From the IMG/VR virus record IMGVR_UViG_3300036818_000088, positions 12,182 through 76,181 of that record: a DNA stretch of 64,000 nucleotides; one strand, written 5' to 3'. This stretch comes from a virus. Below, one piece after another: positions 49,226 through 58,488 of this stretch. Within the stretch, counting starts at the first letter, position 1. The number at the start of each line of letters is the position of its first letter. The notes below the pieces were generated by a model. That model ran no database searches. It was not told the DNA's origin and worked only from the letters and a program-made list of their open reading frames with translations. Position numbers and translations under genes: made by a program.

Positions 49226-52200
49226 ATGGCCGGTGAGGTCAGAGGCACTTTCTCGCTCAACGACCGCCCGGCAACGGAGGCGATGCGGCGCCTCCAGCGC
49301 CAGGGTGAGGAGCTCGACCTCGTCCTCGACAAGCTCGGCAAAACAGTCGACGGCGTCTTCAGCTCCGAGAATGTCGCCGAAGTCAAGCTCTACGAAGAGG
49401 CACTGTCGCGGCTCGACTCCCAAGCGCGACGGACCTTCAACTCGATCGGGCGCAACGCGCGCGAGGCAGAGTTCCAGGTCGTCGGCTCGATCCGCCGCAT
49501 GGACTCCTCGGTCATCCTCTTCCGCGAGAACCTCGATGCCCTCAGCCGCGAGAAAGCCACGCCGAAGATCAACCTCAAAGGGGTCGATGAGGCGCTGGCC
49601 CAGACTGAACTCCTGCACAAACGGATCAACGCGCTCGGGCGCGAGGTGGCGACGCCGCGGGTCGGCGTCTCGCAGTCTTCCTTCGTTTCCGGTGCGGCCA
49701 ACCGAGCCGCAGGGGGCGGTGGTTCGAGCTTCGGCGGCGGGAGGGGAGGCCTGAACATCCCCTTCGCCGGCACTGCGCCGTGGGCGTTGGTCGGCGGCGC
49801 GCTTGCGGCGGCTCCACCCCTCATAGGCGCGACAACGGCTCTCGGCGGCTCGCTTGCCGGCGCCGCGCTTGGAGCAGGCTCAATCGGCCTTGGTGCCGCC
49901 GGGGTCGGCGCGACTGCACTGGGAGAGATCGCGCCGGTGGCGGTGTCCTCGATCATCGGCATCAAAGCCGCCTCCAAAGCGCTGAAAAGCTACCGCGAAG
50001 AGGTCATCCGCTCAGGCGTCAACTCCGAAGCGGCGAAGGAGAAGTACCGCCTCTACAACATGGAACTGGAAAAAGCCCCGATCGGCACAGCGCGGTTCCT
50101 GCGGGCTAAAGAAGGGCTGGTCGAAGATTTCCAGTCGAGCACCAAGCCGGCCCAGCGCGGCTTCACCGGGATCGGCACTCGGGGCCTCAACCTCGGCCGC
50201 CAGCTCACCCCGCAGTTCTCGCGCCTCTCCAACGAATTCTTCAACGAAGCCCAGCCGCAGGCCAACAAATTCGCCGACTTCGTTGCCTCGTCCGAATCGC
50301 GCCAGTTCTTCGAGTCGATGGGGCGAGAGTCAAAAGCGGCACTCGCGCCGACCGAGCAGATCGCCGAAAGCACCACCGGCACCCTGATGAACCTCTCCCG
50401 CGCCGCCCGCCCCTTCTTCCACGAAGGGCTGATGTTCCTCGACAAATGGACGCGCGGCTGGCACACCTCGAGCAAAGACGTTCGCGGCACCCGCGAAGAC
50501 ATGGCGCGCTGGGTCGGCGACCTGAAGACGTGGGCGAAACTCACCGGCGCGACCTTCGAACTGCTGAAGGATCTCGGCTCGGCCGGGGCGGGTGAAGGCA
50601 ACTCCCTGGTCGGCGACCTGACCAAACAGCTCGAAGTCTGGGACGAATGGGTGCAGCACAACCCGCGTGAGGTCAGGACGTTCTTCAAAGAATCGGTCGA
50701 ATCCACCGAGAAGCTCGCCGGTGCCATCGGCAAAATCGCCAGCCTGATCTGGCAGATCGGCCGCCAGCTTGGGCCGATGCTCGACCAACTCTCCAACCTC
50801 GTCACCTTGGCCGGTAACGCGGGGCTGCTGACCCCCGGTGGTCTACCTCTCCTATTGGCGGGTGGAGCAGGACTACGCAGCGCTACTCGCGGCCTCGGAA
50901 CTCGCATCCGAGGTGCGGTGCCAGGGATGGGTGGAGGGTTCACCGAAGGGGCGGTGGCTGGTGCTGCCCTGGGCGGGGGTGCAGCGGGAGCAGAGGCCGC
51001 AGCGTTTCGTCCTGGTCTCGGCAACGCCTACCGCATCTATCGCAACGTTGGAGAGCGCGGCGTGTTGGGCGCAGGGTTGGGGGCTGCCCGGACTACTGCC
51101 GCTGGGGCAGGGCTTGAGCGGTTTGGCCGCGGCTTCGCCGGCCGCTTTCTTCCCTTTGCCCTCCTCAGCGGTGCCCTTGGGGCAGCCGGGACACAGGGCA
51201 ACTTCCATGAACGTATCCAAGGTGGCCTGTCTCAAGCCACATTCGGCATCATCCCGCCACCCCAAAGCATCGAAGAAAAGTACTCCGGCGGCTACCACGA
51301 TGCATTGGAAAGCCTTCGCAACAACCAGATCGTCGGCCACCATATGGGCCTTGGCCGCGAACGCCGCTGGGACATGGAGTTGCGCCAAGCACGCGCCCAG
51401 TCCCAGTACGGCGGTACCGACCCGAGCCTTCAAGGTGCAGCGGCTGGTTATCGCTCGCGAGCCGAAGACATCGAAGCCAGACAAACAGCCGCAGCGAGCA
51501 GCATGCTCGGAGATCTCACAGGTGCCTTCGACATTCGCGGCCGACATGGTGCCGGTGACAAAGCCAACTACCAGCGCACCATCGACGGGATCGAACGGCG
51601 TGTCTCGAAACTGCACGGCCGCACCCGCAAGGAGTTCTCGCAGATGGGCATCGACTGGGCGGCCGAAGTGGCCAAGGCCAACCCGAAGCTCAAACGCGCC
51701 TATGACGAAATGGCCGAGCAGATGGAAACTCGGCTGCGCAAAGCGGGGGCCGAAATCCGGGTCATCAACGGCAACATCGTCGATGTCTCGGCGAAATCGT
51801 GGGGCAAGGTCGCCGACCTGATCGGTTCCGCCACCCAGCGCGCCTACGAGGAAGCCAACAAAAACTTCACCGCGCTCGAGCGACGTGCCTTCTCGATCCT
51901 GCGCGAAATGGGCTTTTCATCCAAGGATGCCAAGGGTCTAGTCCATGAAGCCGAGGTCGGCCACCCCTCGAAAGCCAAGAGTGCGGAAGCGGCCGAAGCC
52001 CACCGCCACGGGATGACGGCACCGCCGACAACGAGCCAAATCCCCGGCATGGGGCATGCTGCCGGCGGGCGCCTCCCCGTCCCCGCCAACGGATCCGAAC
52101 GCGATGAGGTCTACATGGGTGGCGGCCAGTGGGGCGCAGGCAACGAGCTGGTCGTGCCGAGCCACACCGAGCGGCAGGTCAACCAGATCCTTGGCCGTGC

Positions 52201-53632
52201 CGGCAAGACCCTCGGCGGCATGGTCGCGATGAACAACCGCGCTCACTGGCAGATGCCCTCGGCTGCAACCGATTACGCAGCCGGTGGGCGGCGCTTCGCC
52301 GTCGGCGGGCGGCAACGTGGCGGCGGCCAAGCATGGCGGGGTATCGGCCCGGCCGGTGTCCACCAGGGCGCGCGCACCGTCGCCGAAGCGATCATGGGCC
52401 ACTTCCCCGGCCTGCAGGCGACCTCTACGACCTCTGGCGGCCATGTCTCAGGCTCGCTCCACTTTTTGGGTGAGGCGGTCGACCTCGCCGGTTCCTCGCC
52501 GGAAATGTTCGCCGCCTCGAACTGGATCGAGAAGTCCGGCCTGTACCGCCAGCTCACTGAGGGCATCCACAATCCGAACCTCTCAGTCAGCGATGGCCGC
52601 AACGTGCCATCGAGCTTCTACTCGGCGGTTTGGGCCGAGCACGCGAACCACATCCACATCGGCGTCGCTCATGAAGTCGCGCGCTTGGCCGCTGCGACCC
52701 GGCGCGGGGGCTTCCGGGGCGGCGGTGTCGGCGGTGCTGCCCAGATCCACCTGCGCGGCCGTCACTCAGGTCTAGGCGGCGTCCCAGGCGCACTGGCGGA
52801 CCGGGGCAGCGAATTGATGGCTGCGGGGATGAGCCGCAACCTCAACAAGCTGATCGGGCGAGGTCACGGTGGTGGCCGTGGCGGTAGCACGGCCGCACCA
52901 GGTGGCTCGCGCAGCGCCGTCGAACGCCAGATCGCCCAGGAACTCTTCCGCCACGGCGCCAACAAGACCGCCGCCGCGGGGATCATCGGCAACGCCTACC
53001 GCGAGTCGGGCATGGACCCTGGCGCGGAAGGCACCGGTGGAGGAGGCCTCTGGGGCTTCACCGCCGGGGCGATCTCGCTCGCCAACCTGAAGGCGGCCGG
53101 TGGCTCGAACTGGGAAAGCCCCGGATTCCAGACTCGCTTCATGCTCAGCCACGGCGGGCAGGGCTTGATCGGGCGCCTGAATGCCGCCGGTAGTCCCGAG
53201 GCGGCGGCGGCATTGTTCATGAACGAGTGGGAGCGGCCGGGCATCCCCGCGCAGGGCGAGCGCGAATCCGCTGCTCGGGCTGCCTTCCGCAAGGGCTTCA
53301 GCCGAGGCGGTCGTGCCTCTCACGGCTTCGCGGGCTGGTTCGCCGACGGCTTCCACGGCCGCGTCAACGAACCGACGCTGATGGGCGTGGGCGAGGCCGG
53401 CACCGAGGAAGTCCACATCACCCCGACCCCCAAGCGCGGCAGCGCCGGCCGGCGCCGAGGCAGCTCGGATCGCCCGATCCACGTCGAAGTCAACATGGGG
53501 CCGGTCAGCGTCCACGGCCGCGGCGACACCGAGAAGGTCGGCAAGGAAATCGGCCAGCATGCCGCTAGGGAGCTGACCAGGGCCTTGCAGCAGAGCGACG
53601 ATGTGCGGGACGGTGAGCTGATCGGTGGCTAA
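49226..53632 (+). CDS. Tape measure protein with C-terminal peptidoglycan hydrolase domains
   Basis: 1468 aa, Ala/Gly-rich with hydrophobic segments; SLH..G.AVD..H.NHIH peptidase-like motif; AAGIIGN..RESG..EWERPG tail-lysozyme motif. Confidence 0.92.
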   Translation: MAGEVRGTFSLNDRPATEAMRRLQRQGEELDLVLDKLGKTVDGVFSSENVAEVKLYEEALSRLDSQARRTFNSIGRNAREAEFQVVGSIRRMDSSVILFRENLDALSREKATPKINLKGVDEALAQTELLHKRINALGREVATPRVGVSQSSFVSGAANRAAGGGGSSFGGGRGGLNIPFAGTAPWALVGGALAAAPPLIGATTALGGSLAGAALGAGSIGLGAAGVGATALGEIAPVAVSSIIGIKAASKALKSYREEVIRSGVNSEAAKEKYRLYNMELEKAPIGTARFLRAKEGLVEDFQSSTKPAQRGFTGIGTRGLNLGRQLTPQFSRLSNEFFNEAQPQANKFADFVASSESRQFFESMGRESKAALAPTEQIAESTTGTLMNLSRAARPFFHEGLMFLDKWTRGWHTSSKDVRGTREDMARWVGDLKTWAKLTGATFELLKDLGSAGAGEGNSLVGDLTKQLEVWDEWVQHNPREVRTFFKESVESTEKLAGAIGKIASLIWQIGRQLGPMLDQLSNLVTLAGNAGLLTPGGLPLLLAGGAGLRSATRGLGTRIRGAVPGMGGGFTEGAVAGAALGGGAAGAEAAAFRPGLGNAYRIYRNVGERGVLGAGLGAARTTAAGAGLERFGRGFAGRFLPFALLSGALGAAGTQGNFHERIQGGLSQATFGIIPPPQSIEEKYSGGYHDALESLRNNQIVGHHMGLGRERRWDMELRQARAQSQYGGTDPSLQGAAAGYRSRAEDIEARQTAAASSMLGDLTGAFDIRGRHGAGDKANYQRTIDGIERRVSKLHGRTRKEFSQMGIDWAAEVAKANPKLKRAYDEMAEQMETRLRKAGAEIRVINGNIVDVSAKSWGKVADLIGSATQRAYEEANKNFTALERRAFSILREMGFSSKDAKGLVHEAEVGHPSKAKSAEAAEAHRHGMTAPPTTSQIPGMGHAAGGRLPVPANGSERDEVYMGGGQWGAGNELVVPSHTERQVNQILGRAGKTLGGMVAMNNRAHWQMPSAATDYAAGGRRFAVGGRQRGGGQAWRGIGPAGVHQGARTVAEAIMGHFPGLQATSTTSGGHVSGSLHFLGEAVDLAGSSPEMFAASNWIEKSGLYRQLTEGIHNPNLSVSDGRNVPSSFYSAVWAEHANHIHIGVAHEVARLAAATRRGGFRGGGVGGAAQIHLRGRHSGLGGVPGALADRGSELMAAGMSRNLNKLIGRGHGGGRGGSTAAPGGSRSAVERQIAQELFRHGANKTAAAGIIGNAYRESGMDPGAEGTGGGGLWGFTAGAISLANLKAAGGSNWESPGFQTRFMLSHGGQGLIGRLNAAGSPEAAAALFMNEWERPGIPAQGERESAARAAFRKGFSRGGRASHGFAGWFADGFHGRVNEPTLMGVGEAGTEEVHITPTPKRGSAGRRRGSSDRPIHVEVNMGPVSVHGRGDTEKVGKEIGQHAARELTRALQQSDDVRDGELIGG

Positions 53633-54425
53633 ACGAAGGGTTCAAGGTGAAGCAGGCGACAACTCCCCGCGTCCGGGCCTACACGCGCGCCTGCGAGCCA
53701 TTCACGACTTGACCCCGGCGCAGGTGCTGCGCACGCCGCTCTCGCTGCCGGTGATGCTCGGCGAGGAACTGGCGATCGACGAGGAATACCCCTGGGAAGA
53801 CTTCCCCACCGTCGGCGACGGCGAACACTCCTCCCCCGCGCCCGGCAACGCTCGCCCGCAGGCTCGCTTCACCGGCGAAACGATGAGCCTGACCTGGAGT
53901 CCGCGCTGGCTGGCGACGCCCGACATCAGCCCCGAGCATGTGCGCCGCGAGCTGCTGCGGATCGGTCGCAAGCGAGCCATCTTCGACCTGCTGATCGTCA
54001 ACAAGCCCTCATCTGAGTTCGCCGAGTTCTCGGGCTACGCCAACATCAGGCGGATCTCGCGCGCGATCAAGCGCGGCGAGGCCGATACCCGCTACTACAC
54101 GATCGACTTCGCCGAGTACCGCTCGATGGACGTTGGCCGGCGCAAGCACCGCTTCGGCGCTCAGCACCCGAGCACCCACGCCCTCGATGCCAACGACACG
54201 CTGCGCTCGCTTGCCCGCGAGCTGCTCGGCAACGAGGGCTACTGGCGCAACATCGCCGAGGCCAACGGCCTGACCAAATGGGGCTCCAACGACCCGATCG
54301 TCGACTCCAAGCGCTACAGCGTCGGCGACCGGATCAAGATCCCCGACACCGAAAGTGGCGGCGGCACGGCCTTCCCCGGCCGCGATCAGGTCGGGGCCAT
54401 CGCCCAAAACGAACCGGCGAACTGA
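53625..54425 (+). CDS. LysM-containing tube initiator (XkdP-like)
   Basis: YYTIDFAEYR; DTLRSLARELLG..WRNIAEAN..GDRIKIP. Confidence 0.85.
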   Translation: MAKRRVQGEAGDNSPRPGLHARLRAIHDLTPAQVLRTPLSLPVMLGEELAIDEEYPWEDFPTVGDGEHSSPAPGNARPQARFTGETMSLTWSPRWLATPDISPEHVRRELLRIGRKRAIFDLLIVNKPSSEFAEFSGYANIRRISRAIKRGEADTRYYTIDFAEYRSMDVGRRKHRFGAQHPSTHALDANDTLRSLARELLGNEGYWRNIAEANGLTKWGSNDPIVDSKRYSVGDRIKIPDTESGGGTAFPGRDQVGAIAQNEPAN

Positions 54426-55720
54426 TGCTGGCGCTGCTCTTCGCGGTCGCACTGCAAGCCTCCAACGGGGCGCGCCAGCACGCCAACTCCAAAGACGGCC
54501 AGCTCCGCCGCCCGAACCTCTCGCGCTTCTACGGCAAGAAGGTCGCCGACCTGCACCCCGGCAACTACGACTTCCGCATCCGGCTGATCCGCGTCGCGGT
54601 CACCGGCAAGGGCCGCATCACCACCCTCAACCGCAACGCGACATCGGTGGAATGGAACGACGAAGGCGACACGCTCTCGGGCAGTATCACCATGCGGCGT
54701 CCGTGGCGACTGAAGCCCGGCTCGCTGCCGGTCAGCCGTGGCGACGGCGTGCGCCTCGAAGTGAAGTGGGCGGGCAAATGGACCGAGCTGTGGACGCTCT
54801 GGGTGGCCGGGGAACCCGAAGTCTCCCTCGCCGGCGGTGAAGTCAACTGCGAACTGGCCGACGAACTGTTCCCGCTGAAGAAGAATGAGCGCGACTGGGA
54901 GTTCAAGAAGGCCAAGAAAGGGCCGCGCCGCAAAGGCTGGACGATGGACGAGGTCGTGCGCTTCGTCTGCAGGTCCGAGCGGGTGCGGCCGGGGCGGATC
55001 GCGCAGGGCGCCAAGCGCTTTGAGATCAAGAAGATGAAGAAAGCCTCGGGCCTCGAGGTAATCCGCCGTGCCGTCGCCCAAGAGGCCAACAAGACTGGCC
55101 GCAAGTTCCTGATCCAGATGCACAAGGGCAAGCTCGATGTGCTGCCGCTGCGCCGCCCCGGCACCCTCTTCGTCATCAACGGGGTCGAGCTCGAAGCCTC
55201 GACCACGGGCGAGGCCAAGCAGAAGCACCCGGCTACCGTGATCGAAGCCAAGGGGCGGCTGAAAGGCAACGACGGCAAAGACGGCAAGCTCAAAGTGACG
55301 GTCTCCCGCCAAGGCGCGATGCGGCGCTTCGGGCGGATCGTGAAGGAAAAAGACTACGGGCGAGTGGACTCCAAGGAGAACCTGCGAGAAGAAGCTACGC
55401 GCGACCTCGCCGGCGAGCTGAAAGTCACCCGCACCGCCACCCTGTCACTGCCCGGCATCCCCTTCCTGCAGAAAGGCTCGACCCTGCGCTGGGTGATCGG
55501 CGAGCCGGGCTGGCACGGGAAAACGCAGCTCGCCAAAGCCTCACGCGACAAGTCCTACGCCTTCGTCACTTCCGCCCAGCACTCGCTGACGCCGCAGAGC
55601 TACTCGACTACGGTGCAGATCGACCAAGCAGATTTGTACTTCGAAGATGCGCAGAGGCAGGATGAAGAATCTCGGAATGACAAGCGGAACCAGCGGAAAA
55701 ATCGCCAAACCAGCGAATAG
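54425..55720 (+). CDS. Baseplate hub (XkdQ-like)
   Basis: Position; SVEW.D, FG.I, FVTSAQH..Y.TTV. Confidence 0.75.
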   Translation: MLALLFAVALQASNGARQHANSKDGQLRRPNLSRFYGKKVADLHPGNYDFRIRLIRVAVTGKGRITTLNRNATSVEWNDEGDTLSGSITMRRPWRLKPGSLPVSRGDGVRLEVKWAGKWTELWTLWVAGEPEVSLAGGEVNCELADELFPLKKNERDWEFKKAKKGPRRKGWTMDEVVRFVCRSERVRPGRIAQGAKRFEIKKMKKASGLEVIRRAVAQEANKTGRKFLIQMHKGKLDVLPLRRPGTLFVINGVELEASTTGEAKQKHPATVIEAKGRLKGNDGKDGKLKVTVSRQGAMRRFGRIVKEKDYGRVDSKENLREEATRDLAGELKVTRTATLSLPGIPFLQKGSTLRWVIGEPGWHGKTQLAKASRDKSYAFVTSAQHSLTPQSYSTTVQIDQADLYFEDAQRQDEESRNDKRNQRKNRQTSE

Positions 55721-55730
55721 GCTGTAGCTG

Positions 55731-56213
55731 ATGCGAGGCACCCTTCAACAGCGCTTCGACGCCAAGTGGCAACTCGACCCCGAGACGGGCTGCTGGCTGT
55801 GGACGGCGAGTGTACGAGGCGGTTGCTATGGCACGATTCGTGCCGTGAAGCATGGCTGCGCACGGATGAGACGTGCCAGTCATATCGCATGGGAGCTATA
55901 TCGCGGCCCAATCCCCGAGGGCGCCCACGTCCTGCACCACTGCGACACCCCTGCCTGCGTCAACCCTGAGCACCTGTTCCTCGGCGATCATGCTGGCAAC
56001 ATGGCCGATCGCGATGCAAAGGGGCGTACGGCGAAGGGCGAGGATGGTGGAGGGGCCAAGCTCTCCGAAAAAAAAGCCCGCGCGATCCTTGCTTTGCGCG
56101 GAAGGGGCTTAAGCCAGAATCGTGTTGCTGCTGAGTTTGGCGTTCGCCAGTCGCAAATCTCCCGCATTTGGCATGGCAAACGCTGGGCGCATCTACAGGG
56201 AGCAAAGCAATGA
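55731..56213 (+). CDS. HNH homing endonuclease with a C-terminal HTH
   Basis: CWLWT, YG.I, VLHHCDTPACVNPEHLFLGDHAGNMAD, AKLS..A.EFGV.QSQISRI. Confidence 0.92.
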   Translation: MRGTLQQRFDAKWQLDPETGCWLWTASVRGGCYGTIRAVKHGCARMRRASHIAWELYRGPIPEGAHVLHHCDTPACVNPEHLFLGDHAGNMADRDAKGRTAKGEDGGGAKLSEKKARAILALRGRGLSQNRVAAEFGVRQSQISRIWHGKRWAHLQGAKQ

Positions 56214-56599
56214 CTATTGCGTTTGACGACCCAGTGGCCGCGCAAATCCTACCTGAGCTAATGATCGCCCGCCGCGCCTTCCCGGTGGCCCAAGAACTCC
56301 TCAGCGGCCCGGTGCTGCGCAAGGCGGCCTCCTCGGCGAACGTCGGCTGGCACGATACCGAAGTCTGCGCCGAGACCGGAGCGATCGCGGTGGTGCCCTC
56401 GGAAGGAGAGCTGGTCGACCTGGTCGGGGAGATCATCGTCGTCAAGCGCCACTTGCCGACCGAAGTCCGCGGCGCCTTCGTCTACGTGCTTGCCCGCGCC
56501 GCGGTGCCCAATGACCTCTCGCTCTCGCGCCGCGCATTCCTACACCTAGGCCTGCTCTCCGGCACCGCCCTTGACTGTTCTGTCGAGGTAATCAGTTGA
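56210..56599 (+). CDS. Hypothetical baseplate-region protein
   Basis: DLSLSRRAF..LG..V.V ending, reminiscent of a double-psi barrel. Confidence 0.5.
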   Translation: MTIAFDDPVAAQILPELMIARRAFPVAQELLSGPVLRKAASSANVGWHDTEVCAETGAIAVVPSEGELVDLVGEIIVVKRHLPTEVRGAFVYVLARAAVPNDLSLSRRAFLHLGLLSGTALDCSVEVIS

Positions 56600-57897
56600 G
56601 CGGGGAGCTGCGTGCCTTCGCCGATGAGGTGCGGCGGATCGTCCGCGAGGGCGCTGCCCGTCACTCCCCGTCGGTCGAGCGCTATCAGGTCATCGCCCGC
56701 AAACCGCTGACCTTGGAAGCGATGGGTTCCGACAAGCGTCTCGTCGATGGCGAAGACGGCTTCGACATCGCCCATTCGGTGAAGACGCATGCCCGTGTCA
56801 AAGACACAGTCTTCGTGGATACCGACGAGCACGGCGACAAGATCGCCAGGGGAGTGCTGCTGCCCTCGGGCAAAGAAGACGAAGAAGGCACCGTTGGCCC
56901 GGAAGGACCGCCAGGACCCGAAGGCCCGAAAGGGGCAATCGGCTCTACTGGACCCGAAGGGCCAGAAGGCCCGGAAGGGAAACAGGGCGTCAAAGGCGAT
57001 ACGGGGGCAACAGGCCCCGAAGGGCCTAAAGGCGCGACTGGATCGGCTGGAGCGACCGGCCCAGAAGGCCCGGAAGGGGCGACGGGCGAAACCGGGGCGA
57101 AAGGTGCGAAGGGCGAAAAAGGCGAAGCCGGGATCTCGCCGGCCGACTGGAAGGATTCGGTGCGGGTGGCGACCACGGCCAACATCACGATCTCCACGGC
57201 GCTAAACAACGGCGACTCGCTCGATGGTGTGACGCTGGCGACCGGGGACCGGGTGCTGGTCAAGAATCAGACGACGACGAAAGAAAACGGGATCTGGGTT
57301 GTAGGAACTTCGCCCGCCCGTGCCACCGATGCCGATGCGGCTGGCGAGCTTTCCGGCGGCTCCAGCGTCTACGTCGAGGAAGGCACGGTCAACGATGGCA
57401 GCACTTGGGTTATCTCTACACCGGGATCAATCACGCCTGGCACGACCTCACATACCTGGCGTACTGCCGTTCCCTATGCCGGGTGCGCGGTTAAGAGCAC
57501 CGTAGCCCAATCGGCTGCGAATGCAAGCGACATAGCGATCAAATTTAATGCGGAAATCTACGACAATGGGGACTGCTGGCAGTCTGGTAATCCCGAACGC
57601 TTCACGGTACCGGCCGGGCAGGGCGGTATCTGGCTCTTTACGGCATCCTTCCGCACCACTGGCGCCGCCGCAAATCGCTATCTCGATGTGCGAGTCAACG
57701 GCAGTTCGAACAAGCGGATCGGCGGGAATGGGTCGAATAGCATCACCCTTGAGGTGACAGCTATCGCGAACCTCAATGCTGGCGATTACATCGAAGTTCA
57801 CTTTTACCAGGAAACAGGCGGCACCATTGAACTCTCGAAAGACGAGTACGAAAGCGGCCCGAGCATCTTCCGGGCCTCCTTCGAGAGGCTTCGCTGA
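56596..57897 (+). CDS. Spike-position protein fused to collagen, fibre and C1q-like domains
   Basis: Position between hub and wedge; 28 Gly-X-Y triplets; DWKDSVRVATTANI..DRVLVKNQ..NGIW; beta-rich tip. Confidence 0.75.
   Translation: MSGELRAFADEVRRIVREGAARHSPSVERYQVIARKPLTLEAMGSDKRLVDGEDGFDIAHSVKTHARVKDTVFVDTDEHGDKIARGVLLPSGKEDEEGTVGPEGPPGPEGPKGAIGSTGPEGPEGPEGKQGVKGDTGATGPEGPKGATGSAGATGPEGPEGATGETGAKGAKGEKGEAGISPADWKDSVRVATTANITISTALNNGDSLDGVTLATGDRVLVKNQTTTKENGIWVVGTSPARATDADAAGELSGGSSVYVEEGTVNDGSTWVISTPGSITPGTTSHTWRTAVPYAGCAVKSTVAQSAANASDIAIKFNAEIYDNGDCWQSGNPERFTVPAGQGGIWLFTASFRTTGAAANRYLDVRVNGSSNKRIGGNGSNSITLEVTAIANLNAGDYIEVHFYQETGGTIELSKDEYESGPSIFRASFERLR
56887..57138 (+). repeat. Collagen-like (Gly-X-Y)28
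   Basis: GTV GPE GPP ... GEA GIS. Confidence 0.92.
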
Positions 57898-57939
57898 TGC
57901 TCTCCAAGCACCCGAAAGGGCAGCAGGTAACCTAGTCCG

Positions 57940-58488
57940 GTGGCGGAAGTCCTCGACATCGAGACCGGCCTCGAGCTGATCCCCGTCGCCGTCGGGGAAG
58001 TCATCGACGCCGATGCCCAACTCGACGCGGCGGAAGCCTCGTTGCTCGACGACCCGCTGGCGACCACCACGACGCAGGATCCCGTCGTCCCCTTCGGGCG
58101 CACCGCGCCCTTTGACTACGCCACCGGGCGCTTCGTCCGCCTCGGAGACGGCGCGATCCCTTGGGTCAGCGGACGCGATGCGCTGCGCGAGTGGATCTAC
58201 GCCTCGCTGCAAACCGGCCGCGGCGGCTGCCCGCTGTACGACAATGAAGTCGGCTTCGAGCGCCCCAACGACTTCCTCGGCACCGTCGACCCTGCCGAGC
58301 AGATGGGCACCTTCGAGGAACGCCTGCGCGACTGCGTGCTGGTCCATGAGCGGATCGAGGACATCGACGACTACGAAGCCGACCATGATCCCTCCACCGG
58401 CGTGATCTCGCTCATCGACCTGACGATCGTCACCGACGAAGCCGAAGCGCTCCCCGTCGGCAGCTTCGATGCGACAGGGGGCGTCTGA
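57940..58488 (+). CDS. Baseplate wedge/sheath initiator (XkdS/DUF2634-like)
   Basis: FDYATGRF, G.DALREWI..L.T.R..Y..G, L.HERI. Confidence 0.8.
   Translation: MAEVLDIETGLELIPVAVGEVIDADAQLDAAEASLLDDPLATTTTQDPVVPFGRTAPFDYATGRFVRLGDGAIPWVSGRDALREWIYASLQTGRGGCPLYDNEVGFERPNDFLGTVDPAEQMGTFEERLRDCVLVHERIEDIDDYEADHDPSTGVISLIDLTIVTDEAEALPVGSFDATGGV

Noticed and set aside
55720-56213. Group I intron around this HNH gene (also considered for 60585-61457)
   Set aside because: The flanking genes appear complete and the gaps are only about 10-40 nt, too short for intron cores; the HNH genes are free-standing.
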